Of a DNA stretch of 64,000 bases, positions 41,006 through 55,042 are shown one piece after another. Each line of letters begins with the position of its first letter. Positions within the stretch are counted from its first letter, which is position 1. The position numbers and the translations under genes were made by a program. Below the pieces are notes generated by a model. It did not search any database and had not been told where the DNA came from. It saw only the letters and a program-made list of their open reading frames with translations. Source of the DNA: Eledone cirrhosa (taxonomy: Eukaryota); the NCBI GenBank assembly GCA_964016885.1, contig OZ024760.1:10664001-10728000 (forward strand), given 5' to 3'.

Positions 41006-42071
41006 TATATATATGTATGTATTCAATGTGGTCTACCCTTCATGGTAGGGTCCATACCGTAGATATAACTCACTGTAATCTGATAGCAAGTAATCCAGTG
41101 AAATCCTTAGAAAGGATCTGTGTTCTGCTGAGTTAATTCCTTAGACAGAGTCAGATATTAGATATCAGTTTAACAATGAAAATAATAACATATTTTGTTA
41201 TTATTGTTTTACGATCGTTTCGGAGGTTTGATCATATTGACTGATCTATAGCAGTTATATAACAGTTTCTACTTTTGGCACAAAGCCAGCAAATATCCAG
41301 TGTATTACTGGTACTTTATTTTATCGACCCCGTAAGGATGAAGGGCAAAGTTAACCTCGGCGGCATTTGAACTCAGAATGGCAAGGGCCTACTATCAGAC
41401 CTCATATGTAGGTTCTATCAGTTTCTTTGGAAACAATGAAGTTAGAATCTTTATTAGTAGTATATAAACAGGGTAGATACAAGAATAGACATACCATACA
41501 AATACCATACAAATACCATACAAATGCCATACAAATACCATACAAATGCCATACCAGATTGACTCCTTAGATTGATGGTGGCGGTGGGAGGAGAATAGTA
41601 GGACACTATGTACAAATGTCATTTGAGGTAGGTGGATAAATAAGCAGAGCAAAGAAAACAAATAAGAGGAAGGGGTAGGATGGGAGTGATAAAAGAAGAG
41701 GGGGTATATTAGGAGGGGGTAGATGAAGAAAAAGGAGGAGATGCTAACTGTACACCCACAACCTGCATAGACTTCCAAAGTATAACAATATGTTTCAACA
41801 CACGTTTTCAGATAAAAAATCTTACAAAACAAATTCAAAAACGAAGTATACAGTATATTTATACATAGACATAGAGCCATACACACATGTAGAGCCATCC
41901 ATACACACATGTAGAGCCATCCATACACACCAACATTCAGTATGAAAGCTAACACTGCCGCCTCTGTTTAATAACCTCCTAATATTTCTTATGACTAACC
42001 ATTCTCTACTCTTCACACATCAGAACTGAACTATTTAGTCAATACAACACCACACTACTTGCCACACCTCT

Positions 42072-42436
42072 GGTGATGGTGATGGTGGTGGTGGTGGTGG
42101 TGGTGGTGGTGGTGGTGATGGTGATGGTGGTGGTGGTGGTGATGGTGATGGTGGTGATGGTGGTGGTGGTGGTAGTGGTGGTGGTGGTGATGGTGATGGT
42201 GGTGGTGATGGTGATGGTGGTGGTGGTGGTGGTGGTGGTGATGACGATGGTGATGATGATGGTGATGATGATGGTGATGGTGATGGTGATGGTGATGATG
42301 ATGATAGTGGTGGTGGTGGTGGTGGTGGCGGTGATGATGATGATATATGATGATGATGATGGTGGTGGTGATGATGATGGTGATGGTGATGATGATGATG
42401 GTGGTGGTGATGATGATGATGGTGGTGGTGGTGGTG

Positions 42437-42468
<32 letters not shown>

Positions 42469-42728
42469 GGTGGTGGTGGTGGCGGTGGTGGTGGTGGTGG
42501 TGGCGGTGGTGGTGATGATAATGGTGAGGATAGTGATGTGGATGATGATAATGATGATGGTAATGATGATGGTGATGATGATGATGATGGTGGTGGTGAT
42601 GATAGTGATGATGATGATGATGATGATGATGATGGTAATGATGATGGTGATGATGATGATGATGGCGGTGGTGGCGGTGGTGGTGGTGGTGGTGGCGGTG
42701 GTGGTGATGATGATGATGGTGATAATGG
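42072..42728. repeat. (GGT)n/(GAT)n microsatellite
   Basis: Direct inspection. Confidence 0.95.
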
Positions 42729-42729
42729 T

Positions 42730-43310
42730 AGCAGCCTGATCTGGAGAAGTATCTCCAGGTCAAACTCGGACCAGTCCTCTCTAGCAGTCCTTGTAACTTC
42801 CACCGGGACGGTATCTGTCCCCTCCACAATCACACATCCCATGAGGAGCCACCACATGTCAAGATCTGGTGGGATCTTGGGAATGCAGAGATGAGCTGTT
42901 TTTTTTTTTCCCATGTGGGAGGGGTACATTATGACCTTGCTGGTTTTGCAAAGGGTCATTGCATGTTTCATAGCGAGGGCCTCACTTAAACAGCACCGAA
43001 ATGGTGTTGTATTGTCTGCCTCCCGCTATGTATTCCTATTCAGTGTTATCCCTGATGCAGCTCAGTGCGACTTCGACATCTGCTTGTGCAATTAAAGCTT
43101 CCCTCTTTGTTTCTGCTGAGATGCATCTGTAATGCACTGTTTTGCGCTCTACTGCTTCAATGGCTTCTACCAGGACAGTTAAGTTTGCCCAGGTTTGCTC
43201 TTGCTTGATGAGCTTCCAGGCCTGGGCCAACTTTTCATCTTTATTCGAGAGGTCCATGCTGAAACATGACCTATATTTGGTTGCTGCTGCTGCAGCAAAG
43301 TGTTCTCCCT
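42730..43310 (-). pseudogene. Decayed coding segment, possibly Tx1/L1 ORF1
   Basis: Protein-like frames (AQAWKLIKQEQTW..., MYPSHMGKKKTAHLCIPKIPP) broken by stops; same strand as the Tx1 RT at 46.5 kb. Confidence 0.3.
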
Positions 43311-43720
43311 GAGAACTATGTGAAGAGTATATACATATATGTGTTGAATATTCAGCCACTGGCATGTTTATTTTCCCTTGACAGAACCAACAGAGGTGCA
43401 ACAGATATATATATTAAATATATATATTAAAAATCTTATGCAACAATTTCTATAATTTGTATCTTTCAGGAAAATACTGCAAAATCTTCTGAAATGTCAA
43501 ATTGTTCCACCCCACTGAATTTGAAGTATTTAGGTGAAAAATATCAAGTTGAATATTTGATGTATTTTATTTTATATTTTTTCATAAATATACAAATTAA
43601 TATTTTGTTATTTTGCTTCATTGTCTTCTCAAAAGTCTGTTGACCTTCATATAGGTGATTTCTGTGTATGTTGATACTCTTGTAACATGCCAAAACCTCC
43701 TTCCATCCTCCTCCATTCCC

Positions 43721-44215
43721 TAGTCCTACATGTTCCCATGCAGTTGTAACTCTACAGACTCACTTCCTTACCTCTTCCTTAGTCCTACATGTTCCCATGC
43801 AGTTGTAACTCTACAGACTCACTTCCTTACCTCTTCCTTAGTCCTACATGTTCCCATGTAGTTGTAACTCTACAGACTCACTTCCTTACCTCTTCCTTAG
43901 TCCTACATGTTCCCATGTAGTTGTAATTCTACAGACTCACTTCCTTACCTCTTCCTTAGTCCTACATGTTCCCATGTAGTTGTAATTCTACAGACTCACT
44001 TCCTTACCTCTTCCTTAGTCCTACATGTTCCCATGTAGTTGTAACTCTACAGACTCACTTCCTTACCTCTTCCTTAGTCCTACATGTTCCCATGTAGTTG
44101 TAATTCTACAGACTCACTTCCTTACCTCTTCCTTAGTCCTACATGTTCCCATGTAGTTGTAACTCTACAGACCCTCTTCCTTCTCTCTCCCTTCCTCCAT
44201 GTTCCCATGTAGTTA
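43721..44215. repeat. 59-bp minisatellite, ~8 copies
   Basis: TAGTCCTACATGTTCCCATG...CCTCTTCCT at 43721, 43780, ... Confidence 0.95.
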
Positions 44216-44324
44216 TAACTATAGTGTTATAGTTTATATAAATAGGTATTAGTTGTTAACTACAGAAATCTCATCTTCTATCATTGAACAAATATATACC
44301 GAACATGCTTTGATGGAGGTACAA

Positions 44325-44656
44325 TGTTAACCCGAGGCTGTAGAAGAAGATATTTAACCAAGGTGGTGCTGGTTAACCCCAGGCTATAATAGAAGATATT
44401 TACCCAAGGTAGTGTTCATTAACCCAAGGCTATAGTTGAAGATATTTACCAAGGTGGTGTTAGTTAACCCGAGGCTATAGTAGAAGATATTTACCCAAGG
44501 TCGTGTTGGTTAACCCAAGGTGGTGTTGGTTAACCCAAAATGGTGTTGGTCTACTCGAAGCTATAGTAGAAGATATTTACCCAAGGTGCCATGCAGTAGG
44601 ACTCAAACTGTTATCATGTGGTTACAAAACAAAGTCCTTAACCACATAGCCATGCC
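44325..44656 (-). mobile_element. Old tRNA/CORE-like SINE head with its CORE segment tandemly amplified (~45 bp units)
   Basis: AGGCTATAGTAGAAGATATTTACCCAAGGT repeated about 5 times; minus-strand head GGCATGGCTATGTGGTTAAG. Confidence 0.6.
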
Positions 44657-45424
44657 AAAAAAATATGACAAAAATGTATTCCATGTTACGATCTCACCAA
44701 ATCTGCAATTTTCTTGAAAATGTCAAAAATATTTCTTTGCTTAAATATGTTTTTTGAATTTGTTTTAAAATATTTTAATGAAAAAATATCAATTTTAAAA
44801 AAAAATCTTTTTTATATTTTTCATCTATTTTCCTAATTTTTCAAATACAAGTAAAATTCCATTATAACGAATTTTTCAGTAAAATGAAATTTTTTTCTAT
44901 CCCCGGCCACATGCTCGATGTGTTTCAGTTGATCTCGTTATAAAGTATTTTTCATCACAACAAATTTTCTTTTATACCCTGTGAATTTTATAACGGAATT
45001 CCACTGAAATTATTTTTATTAAAAAAATAACTCAGGGAGATAAGCAAATACAGGGATTTGTCTGGCAGCTTCCTCTTTGCACCGTTGCTGTTAAGACCTT
45101 GGTATCTTTGGACACTCTACAGCTTCATTAATAACAACAGCAGCAGCAATAATAACAACAAATAACACCAACAACAACTCCAGCAGTAATAATGGTTTTT
45201 TTATATAGGCACAAGGCCAGCAATTTTGGGGGAGGGGGAAAGTCGATTAAATCGACCCCAGTGCGAAACTGGTACTTTATTTTATCGACCCCGTAAGGAT
45301 GAAAGGTAAAGTTAACCTCGGCGGGATTTGGGCTCAGATCGTAAAGGGCCGTAACTCTATGCTGCAAAGCACGGCGTCCGACCCTCCACCGGTACTGCCA
45401 ATCCACCGCCCTAACAGCAGCAGT

Positions 45425-46470
45425 AATAATAACAACAACAACACCAACAACAACTCCAACAATAACACCAACACCAACAACACTGACAACAAAAATAACA
45501 ACATCGACAACATCAACACAAAGAACAACAACACCAACACCAACAATAACAACACCACCAACATCAACACCAACAACACCAACAACAACAACACCACCAA
45601 CATCAACACCAACAACACCAACAACAACAACACCAACAACACCAACAACACCAACAACAACAACACCAACACCAACAATAACAACACCACCAACATCAAC
45701 ACCAACAACACCAACAACAATAACACCAACACCAACAACACTGACAACAAAAATAACAACATCGACAACATCAACACAAAGAACAACAACACCAACACCA
45801 ACAATAACAACACCACCAACATCAACACCAACAACACCAACAACAACAACACCACCAACATCAACACCAACACCAACAACACCAACAACAACAACACCAA
45901 CAACACCAACAACACCAACAACAACAACACCAACACCAACAATAACAACACCACCAACATCAACACCAACAACACCAACAACAACAACACCAACAACACC
46001 AACAACACCAACAACAACACCAACACCAACAATAACAACACCACCAACATCAACACCAACAACACCAACAACAACAACACCAACAACACCAACAACACCA
46101 ACAACAACACCAACACCAACAATAACAACACCACCAACATCAACACCAACAACACCAACAACAATAACACCAACACCAACAACACTGACAAACAAAAATA
46201 ACAACATCGACAACATCAACACAAAGAACAACACCAACAACACCAACAATAACAACACCACCAACATCAACACCAACAACACCAACAACAATAACACCAA
46301 CACCAACAACACTGACAAACAAAAATAACAACATCGACAACATCAACACAAAGAACAACAACACCAACACCAACAATAACAACACCACCAACATCAACAC
46401 CAACAACACCAACAACAACAACACCAACAACAACAACAACGACAACAACAATGACAACGAGGACGACAAG
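45425..46470. repeat. (AAC/CAC)n tract with higher-order repeats
   Basis: ACTGACAAC...ATCGACAACATCAACACAAAGAAC block recurs four times. Confidence 0.93.
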
Positions 46471-46474
46471 TAAC

Positions 46475-47066
46475 TTAAGGTTTTGCTCCTGTCAAAGTTT
46501 CGTATTCCTGTAATAGGTTGCTGAGTACCTCGATTTCCGAGGTTTTCGACACCATTACGGTTACGTCGTTGGCGTAGACTGACACTGCTTTTCGCAGTCC
46601 GGGTTCCAAACGGATGCCCTGCAACAGCCCCAACTTCCGCAGTAATGGCTCGAGAGTCAGTACATACAAAATGGAGGAGAGAGGGCACCCCTGATGGATG
46701 GAATGCATGATTTGGAAGGGCTCCGATAGGTAGCTATTCACCTTGACTGCCGAGCAGATGCTGGTGTGCATGGCAGCGATCCAGCCTCTGAAGACGGGAC
46801 CGAAGCCGGCCGCCTTGAGAACCGCTTCCAAGTATTGATGGTCAACCCTATCAAATGCCTTAGGCTGATCTAAATTGATCAGAGCCCCATCGAAGCCAGG
46901 TTTACACCCCACCCTCTCTATGATGTATCGCATGTAGTGGAGGTTGTCGTGTGTGGACCTGGTTGGGATTGCACACGTTTGCGCTTCCCCTACCAGGTTC
47001 TTGACGACAAGCACTAGCCTCGTTGCTAATACCTTGGTCAAAATCTTTAACTCTGTGTTGAGCAGT
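46475..47066 (-). mobile_element. Tx1/L1-clade RT fragment
   Basis: QTCAIP.RS.HDN, LDQPKAFDRVDH.YL, QGCPLS.LYVL.LEPL, YANDV. Confidence 0.9.
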
Positions 47067-47123
47067 AACCACAGAAAGTAAGGTACTCAATACGTAGCAG
47101 AGTATGAATATTTAATATAGAAA

Positions 47124-47431
47124 TGGAGGCACATGGCTTAGTGGTTAGAGCATTGGCCTTGCAATCGAAAGGTTGTGAGTTCAATTCTCAGACCGGGCGA
47201 TGTGTTGTTTACTCAGCTGTAGAAATGAGATGATAGGGACTGGGGTCTCTATTATTCCACTGCAAAGTGGTCGTGCAGGTGCCACGGCAAAAAAGCACCC
47301 AGCACTCACTGTAAATGAGGTTGGTGTTAGGAAGGGCATCCAGCTGTAGAAATCAAGCCAGAATCAGTTCCCGTCCCACCCTTGCAAGCAGGGAAAAGCG
47401 GACGTAAAATGAAATGATGATGATGATGAAA
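47124..47431 (+). mobile_element. CORE-SINE family 1 (internal deletion) inserted into a family B hammerhead element
   Basis: GAAATGG on both sides; flanks 47066-47125 and 47432-47482 rejoin to match 36146-36250. Confidence 0.85.
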
Positions 47432-47482
47432 TGAAATGGCTTCTACAGGACTAGAACTGTTTAATTCGGGAGAAATTATCAG

Positions 47483-47533
47483 GGCTTCCTGATGATTTCT
47501 CCCGAATGAAACAGTTCTAGTCCTGTAGAAGCC
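47483..47533 (+). ncRNA. Type I hammerhead ribozyme (family B variant); mutated inverted copy at 47438-47482
   Basis: GGCTTC-CTGATGA-tTTCtcccGAAt-GAAA-CAG-ttctagtc-CTG-TA-GAAGCC. Confidence 0.8.
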
Positions 47534-47543
47534 ATTTCTATAT

Positions 47544-47644
<101 letters not shown>

Positions 47645-48000
47645 TGGTAATGATGATAATGGTGATGGTGATGATGATGATGATAATGATAATGATGATA
47701 ATAATGATGATGATGTTGATGATTGATTATGAAATATAGTTTCTGTTGCTCAGCATTCCACAAGAAATTTCTTTTGCCTTTTTTTTTATATTTGATATAT
47801 TTTTCATTATTGTTTTTTTTTTATTTGTTTTTTTTTCTCTTTTTTAAAATATTTTAAATTTTGTTGATAAAAGTTCTGCTGTTTTTGTCAAATATTTTGA
47901 GTAAAATCTCCTCCAATTCCCAGCTCTCGACAGTATGTTATGTAAAACATAACAAGATAGCTGAGCTATATGAAATTCAGTTCAACTCTCCCTCTGTCTC

Positions 48001-48031
<31 letters not shown>

Positions 48032-48117
48032 GTTTGTCTATTTGTCTGTGTCTATCTATCTGTTTGTCTATCTGTCTGTCTGTCTGTTTGCCTGTCTGTA
48101 TCTATCTATCTATCTAT

Positions 48118-48610
48118 CTGTGCATAATAGCCATGGCGAAAGAGGTTGTATGGTGGACGCGTCTGAAAGGACTGAGGTCAGGCACCTTTCTCTCTGGCCA
48201 ACAACTGGTCCGTTTCTTCCGATATCATTTCGGAAGAAGGATCAGGATGGAGAGAGAGGTGGTGCACCCCAGCCGTTTTTATGAAAGATGGGTGAAAGTG
48301 GCGAGAATGGCCCGTGTGAATGGGCCTTCACTCTACATCAGACTATAGGTGAGGAAGATGAAAGACCAAGGGAGCACCCCTTCTCTGTGCTCCTGAGGAA
48401 AAGGGTTGCACCTTTTTTTCGGGGGTGTGTGTGACCCCCCAAGGCGCCTCCTCTCTATTGAGGACTTTGTTATAAATTTTATTCTGTTATATTTTATTTT
48501 ATTTTTATATTTTGTTATTGCCTCCTCCTTATTGAGGACGCCTTGTTTTGTAAACTCCCCCCATTGTACTTGTCCCACTTTTGATGCCCTGGTGGCAAAT
48601 AAAAGAAACA
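48118..48610 (+). mobile_element. Tx1/L1 3' end
   Basis: IAMAKEVVWWTRLKG...RWVKVARM, 3'UTR with AATAAA; (TATC)n on both sides. Confidence 0.85.
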
Positions 48611-48697
48611 TATCTATCTATCTATTTATCCATCTGTCTGTCTATCTATCTGTTTGCCTGTCTGTCTGTACCTATCTACCTATCTATCTATCTATCT

Positions 48698-49487
48698 AGG
48701 CGTAGAGGAAGATGAACTGGCCAGTCTGTTCGGTAGGGCCTTCCGCCCGGGACCGATGGACAACTTCCAAAAGTCCCTGGTCTGGCAGTGCTACCGAGGA
48801 GCTCTACCAGTTCGAGACAAGCTCTACAGACATGGGCGCCTGGGCAGGGACCCTGCAAAAAAGATCTGTCCGAGGTGCGTGCGAGACGAAGAAACCGTCG
48901 CGCACCCATTCATACACTGCCCGGGCGTCACTGACCTGTGGGGCTATGTAGAACGACTATTGTCGAGGGTGGGACCAATCCGGTTGACCACCGAGTCCAT
49001 TGTCATGATAAAACTGCCACCCTCCTTCAAAAACGAAGGAGAGGCAGTTTTCCTTTGTGTGATAGCTATGGCGAAAGAGGTTGTATGGTGGACAAGGTTG
49101 AAAGGGCTGAGGTCAGACACCTTTCTCTCCGGCCAACAACTGATTCTTTTTTTCAAATACCACTTTGGAAGAAGAATCAGGATGGAGAGAGAGGTGCTGT
49201 ACCCCAGCAAGTTTTATGAAAGGTGGGTGAAAGTGGCGAGAATGTAGGTTGAGGAAAAAGAGGAAGAGAGGAAAGGGGTACAAACTCTTCGTACTCCTGG
49301 AGATGAGGGTTGCACATTTTTTCGGGGGTATGTTTTACCCATATGAACTGTCTCCCCCTATTGGGGAAAATCGACTAATTTTTTAAATTGCATTTGTGAT
49401 ATTATTTTATATGTTTTTATTGTATGTAAACTTCCCCCTTTGTATTTGTCCCCTTCTTTTGTGCCCCTGTGGCTAATAAAGAAACAT
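48698..49487 (+). mobile_element. Tx1/L1 3' end with CCHC (zf-RVT-like) region
   Basis: WQCYRGALPVRDKL...CPRCVRDEETVAHPFIHCP; AATAAA then (TATC)n. Confidence 0.88.
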
Positions 49488-50164
49488 ATCTATCTATCTA
49501 TCTATTGTTATTTATGGTGAATTTGCAGTATCGGTAGAGGGTCGGACGCCATGCTTTCTAGCATAGTTACGTCCCTTTACAGTCTGAGTTCAAATCCCAC
49601 CAAGGTTAACTTTGCCTTTCATCCTTACGGGGTCGATAAAATAAAGTACCAGTAATACACTGGGATAATTGCTGGCCTTGTGCCAAAAGTAGAAACAGTT
49701 ATTTATTAATGTTAAAGTTTATACGATTTTATGTAAAACCCCCACCATCATGTCTTATAATGTCCCATTTCTTGTGGCAAATAAAGAAATATATCTATCT
49801 ATCTTGGATAGTGGACACATACCAATCTCGTTGGTAAGTGTTTTTACTTGTTTACATGCAAAAAAACAGAAATTTTTTGTTAAAAAGTGTATTATTTTGT
49901 AGATTGACTCCCCGTCTGAATTGTCAGCAGATGGGTCATCTCATTTTTCGCCCACATAGGGGCGAAAATTTAATTTTAAAAAGTCTCAAAATTGTTTTGG
50001 AAATCACAGCATAGAAATGAGCTATAAAGAACAAATGCTGACTTTACCTGCCACCACAAGCGGAAGTGGGAGTATGAAGTTATATGCCGGCAGCCCCACT
50101 GCTGCTACAGATGTTGCTATAGCAACCACTGTTGACAGCAACAACATGGATAGATAGCTTGGCT

Positions 50165-51081
50165 ATTGGAGTATTGGAGGTGCAGCCTTCAGACTGGTGG
50201 CCGTTTATGCCCCGACTGGGCAATCACAATCGCGGCCAGACTTCTTTAAGCGTCTAGAGTCTTTTCTGGGAACGTCTCGCTCCTTGCTTTTAGTGGGGGA
50301 CTGGAATGGTATCCTAGATGCACGATGGGAATATGTGGGAGCAGTCCTCTGTCAAGTGGGCACAACAATCAGTGGAGACTCTACTTCGACATTCTATAGA
50401 GGGTTAGTACTTTACAAGTGCAGGGATCCTTCCAAGAGGACATGTCCAAGATGCGAGCAGGACATTGAAACCGTCTTGCATGCAATTGTACACTGCCCAG
50501 TCGTAAGCAACCTGTGGAACTACACAGAACAACTGCTGTAGGGGACAAATCCAGTTGACTGCCGAGTCCATAGTAAGGATCAAACCGCCAGCCTCTTTCA
50601 AAAACGAAAGAGAGGCGGTTTTCCTCTGTACGGTGGCTATGGTGAAAGAGGTTACATGGTGGACGAGATTGAGAGGACTGAAAACAGATGCCTTTCCCTC
50701 CGGACAACAATTGATTACCTTCTTTAAGTATCACTTTAGAAGGAGAATCAGGGTGGAGAGAGAGAGGCACTGTAAATTTACTGAAAGGTGGGTGAATGAA
50801 GCGAAAATGGCCCGAGTGATTGGGCCTTCTCTGTTTATAAGCCTATAGGTTGAGGAAGAGAGCAAAAGGAAGAAAGGAGCACTTGCACAACACGTTCCTG
50901 AAGTTCCTGGGTTGTTCTATCAACGGGGTATTAAACCATTGGTGGCACCTTACCCCTATTGTGGATTTCGATTGTTATAATTGTTTGCTTCAATATTTTT
51001 ACACAACTGTATGTAAAATCCTCAGCATGTGTCTTTGTATTGTCCCCTTTTCTTGTGCGCCCTTGTGGCTAATAAAGAAAT
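50165..51081 (+). mobile_element. Internally deleted Tx1/L1 (APE fragment joined to 3' end)
   Basis: AVYAP...LLVGDWNGILD (APE) fused to CPRCEQDIETVLHAIVHCP; ends AATAAAGAAA(TCTA)n. Confidence 0.85.
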
Positions 51082-51174
51082 CTATCTATCTATCTATCTA
51101 TCTATCTACCTATCTATCTATCTTCCTGTCTATTTGTCTATCTGTCTGTCTATCTATCTACCTGTCTATCTGTA

Positions 51175-51757
51175 TGGTATAGTGTAGTGTGGAGTGGTGT
51201 GATGTAGTGTAGTGTGGTGTAGTGTAGTGTAGTGTAGTGTGGTGTGGTGTGGTGTGGTATGGTGTGGTGTGGTGTGATGTAGTGTAGTGTGGTGTAGTAT
51301 GGTGTGGTGTGGTGTAGTGTGGTGTGGTGTAGTATGGTGTGGTGTGGTGTAGTGTGGTGTGGTGTGGTGTAGTGTGGTGTAGTGTGGTGTGGTGTGATAT
51401 AGTGTAGTGTGGTGTGGTGTAGTGTAGTGTGGTGTGGTGTAGTGTAGTGTGGTGTGGTGTAGTGTGATGTAGTGTGGTGTGGTGTAGTGTAGTGTGGTGT
51501 GGTGTGATGTAGTGTAGTGTGGTGTGGTGTAGTGTGGTGTGGTGTGGTGTGGTGTAGTGTAGTGTGGTGTAGTGTGGTGTAGTGTGGTGTAGTGTAGTAT
51601 GGTGTAGTGTAGTGTGGTGATGGTGATGTTGATGTTGATGGTGATGTTGATGGTGATGGTGATGATGATGATGATGATGATGATGGTGATGTTGATGGTG
51701 ATGGTGATGATGGTGATGTTGATGGTGATGATGATGGTGATGATGATGGTGATGGTG
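51175..51757. repeat. (GTGTA/GTGTG)n pentamer then (GAT/GGT)n
   Basis: Direct inspection. Confidence 0.93.
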
Positions 51758-52211
51758 GAGACACTGTTGATAACCGTGATAATTAATTACAATATAAAAC
51801 AACAACAGCCACAACAACAGCAACAAAGATTTCTAATAATAAACCTAAACTAATTTAATTAACTGTAGTGGTAATAATAGGAATAATACAAATGGTCAGT
51901 TAATAACACTAATTAATTGTAATTAATTATTACAGACAACAAGAATAAGACAAACAACAAATGTTTAAAAGGAGAGTAAGAAAATAATTGATTTTCTCAC
52001 ATTGGCTCAATGCCATGATGTTGTGGGAGCAGGATTGGACAGTCACCTGCTGAGGCACTAGCCTCTTCCATTATTATTACTCCAAGAACCACCTAGGAAC
52101 TTTCTTAAACCAGCCACCCGACTAAGGAAACTTCTTGTCGAGTCAAACAACGCTGAACGTTAAAACTATCCTCAATACAGAGTACTCATAACCTCTAGTA
52201 GTTGGATTGCC

Positions 52212-52996
52212 TTAACCCTTTAGCAATCACATTACTCTATATATACTATTATATTTTCATGGTAAAGGCTTTACCTTACATAATTATCTCACAACATTCG
52301 CAGAGGATATGCGACGGCTGGAGAGAAATGAGGCAAGCATGCTCCGTTGGATGTGCAGTGTAAATGTGTGTGAACGTCCCAGCATAAATGTGTTGAGAGA
52401 GAAACTGTGTCTAAGAGGGATAGAGTGTAGTGTACGGGAGAGGAGACTGAGGTGGTATGGACATGTGATGCGCATGGAGGATGACCGATGGGTGAAGAAG
52501 TGCCAGGAAATGCCAGTTGAAGGAAGACGTGGTAGAGGTAGACCACGAAAAACATGGGCGGAGGTGGTGAGAACAGATCTCAGATCATTGAAGCTCACGG
52601 TGGAGATGACGAGGGACCGTGACGAGTGGAGAGATGCTGTGCTGAATAAGACCCGTCCCACCCTTGCAAGCAGGGAAAAGCGGACGTAAAATGATGATGA
52701 TGATGATGATTCACATTACTCTATATATACTATTATATTTTCATGGTAAAGGCTTTACCTCACATAATTATCTCACATAACATTCACATTACTCTATATA
52801 TACTATTGTATTTTCATGGTAAAGGCTTAACCTCACATAATTATCTCACATAATATCGAATCTATGAGATTTTGAAAGTATTTATTTTGAGAACAATACC
52901 TTAACATCAGTTTGAGTGACCAGTTACAGCCAGTTTCAACAGAAAGTGTTAGACAATTCTGGCCGGTTTTGGCCAGTTTGAACACTAAAGGGTTAA
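52212..52996. mobile_element. TTAA-flanked MITE (piggyBac-like) interrupted by an RTE type B fragment (52300-52710)
   Basis: TTAA-CCCTTTAG ... CTAAAGGG-TTAA ends; three ~75-bp internal repeats; related inverted pieces at 27820-28212 and 21160-21260. Confidence 0.65.
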
Positions 52997-53015
52997 ACGA
53001 TATTTTGTTTGTTAT

Positions 53016-53058
<43 letters not shown>

Positions 53059-53136
53059 ATGTGTGTGTGTATCTGTATGTGGTTGATAGCAGAGAGAAAA
53101 TAGCACTCAATACCAGAGTAGAGTATATATATATAT

Positions 53137-53450
53137 ATCATCTTCATCATCATCATTTTACATCCACTTTTCCCTGCTTGCAAGGGTGGGACGGGAACTG
53201 ATTCTGGCTTGATTTCTACAGCTGGATGCCCTTCCTAACACCAACCTCATTTACAGTGAGTGCTGGGTGATTTTTTTGCTGTGGCACCTGCACGACCACT
53301 TTGCAGTGGAATGATAGGGACCCCAGTCCCTATCATCTCATTTCTACAGCTGAGAAAACTGGAGCAATGTGAAATAAAGTGCCTTGCTCAAGGAAACAAC
53401 ACATCACCCGGTCTGAGAATTGAACTCACAACCTTTCGATTGCAAGGTCA
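53137..53450 (-). mobile_element. CORE-SINE family 1, head slightly truncated
   Basis: Reverse complement of 36575-36881. Confidence 0.9.
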
Positions 53451-54844
53451 AATATAATATATATATATATATATACAGAGAGAGTATATTTAAATTTTCA
53501 TACGCCTAACATGTATGCTAGACCTTAGGTTTCAGGGTCCAGTTATGGCCACCACTGTATAGTAGAGTAGCCATTTTAAAACTGGTCAATCGAAACTGTA
53601 AAGTGGCTGTTCTGGTGCCACAACAGTGACCAGTCCACACTATAAAGTGGTCATCTTGGTGCCACGACAACAAAGCACCAAATCCACACTGGTCATGTTG
53701 GTGTCAAGAAAAAAAAAAAAAACGCTCAGTCCACAGTGTAAAGTGGTCATATAGGTTTCATGACAAAAAGTGCCCAGCCCACATAAATATGGTTGACATT
53801 AGGAAAGGCATCCAGCTGTAGAAACCAAGCCAGAAACAGTTCTGTATGAGCAAGACATGGTCACCTGATTTGGCTTACAATGTAGCAACTCTTTTAGTCT
53901 ATGATAGCACATGGAAGAATGGATGTCAAACACTTGCATACATACACTAAGACAGACACACACAGACATACATCCATGCAGACACACACATAGCTTTTCA
54001 CCTCATTTTTTTGTCAGTCACTACATATGTATGTGTAGATGTGTGTGTGTATTTAATAACGTACCTAATGAACATGCACACACACTCACAGACACATACA
54101 TATTCATATACACTCACACACACACACTCACATACATATTCATATACACTCACACACACACACTCACAGACACATACATATTCATATACAAAATGTGACA
54201 TCGTGGTGTTGTTTTCTATTATTTTAATCCAAATGAAAATAAAAATTATCACACATACACTCACACACATATACACTCTCACATACACTAACATACATAT
54301 ACTAAAACAGACTCACACACAGACATACATTCACACACACCTATTACTGTCTGTCAACACATGTATATCTATGTGTATGTGTGTGTTTAATTCTCTGAGG
54401 CCTACCGTTAAAATAAAAATTATCACACATACACACATATACTAAGACAGACACACACACGCATACATTGATGCATACCTATTACTTGACTGTCACCACA
54501 CATGTATGTGTAGATGTGTGTGTGTGTTACTGAGGCTATATGTATGTGTAGATGTGTGTGTGTTTAATTCTCTGAGGCCTAACGTATATAACGAACACAC
54601 ACACACTCACAGACACACACACACTCATATACAAAATGTGACATCATTGCCGTTGTGGTGGTGGTTTACTATATTTGACTACTATGGAAAGATTATTTTA
54701 GATAAAATATTATATTCTTTTAATCCAAATGAAAATAAAAATTACATGTTGACACTCCTGATTTGGTTGAGCAGTTTGTGAATGCATAGGAACAGACAGA
54801 CAGACAGAGAGACAGAATTTTATATATATAGTGATATAGATATA

Positions 54845-55042
54845 CGAGTGGGGGCTGAAAAGTTCATAGGCTGACTATGAAGGAATGATGCTAGAGCTGT
54901 GAAATCTTGCTTGCATTAATGTTAACTCTCTTTATTAACAACTGCCTTGTTTCTTTCCAGGAACTATATTGAAAAATAAACTTCATTTGGTCATTCCATG
55001 AGAGTAGCTTGGTCAGCCTATTAACTTTTCAGCCAACCCTTG
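54845..55042. mobile_element. Tc1/mariner-type MITE, ~200 bp
   Basis: TIRs CGAGTGGGGGCTGAAAAGTTCATAGGCTGAC / GTCAGCCTATTAACTTTTCAGCCAACCCTTG; TA on both sides. Confidence 0.8.

Noticed and set aside
42035-42971. Poly-His/Pro/Gly-Asp ORFs
   Set aside because: (GAT/GGT)n microsatellite read-through
45128-46318. Asn/Thr- and Val/Leu-rich ORFs
   Set aside because: (AAC)n repeat; start lies within a SINE
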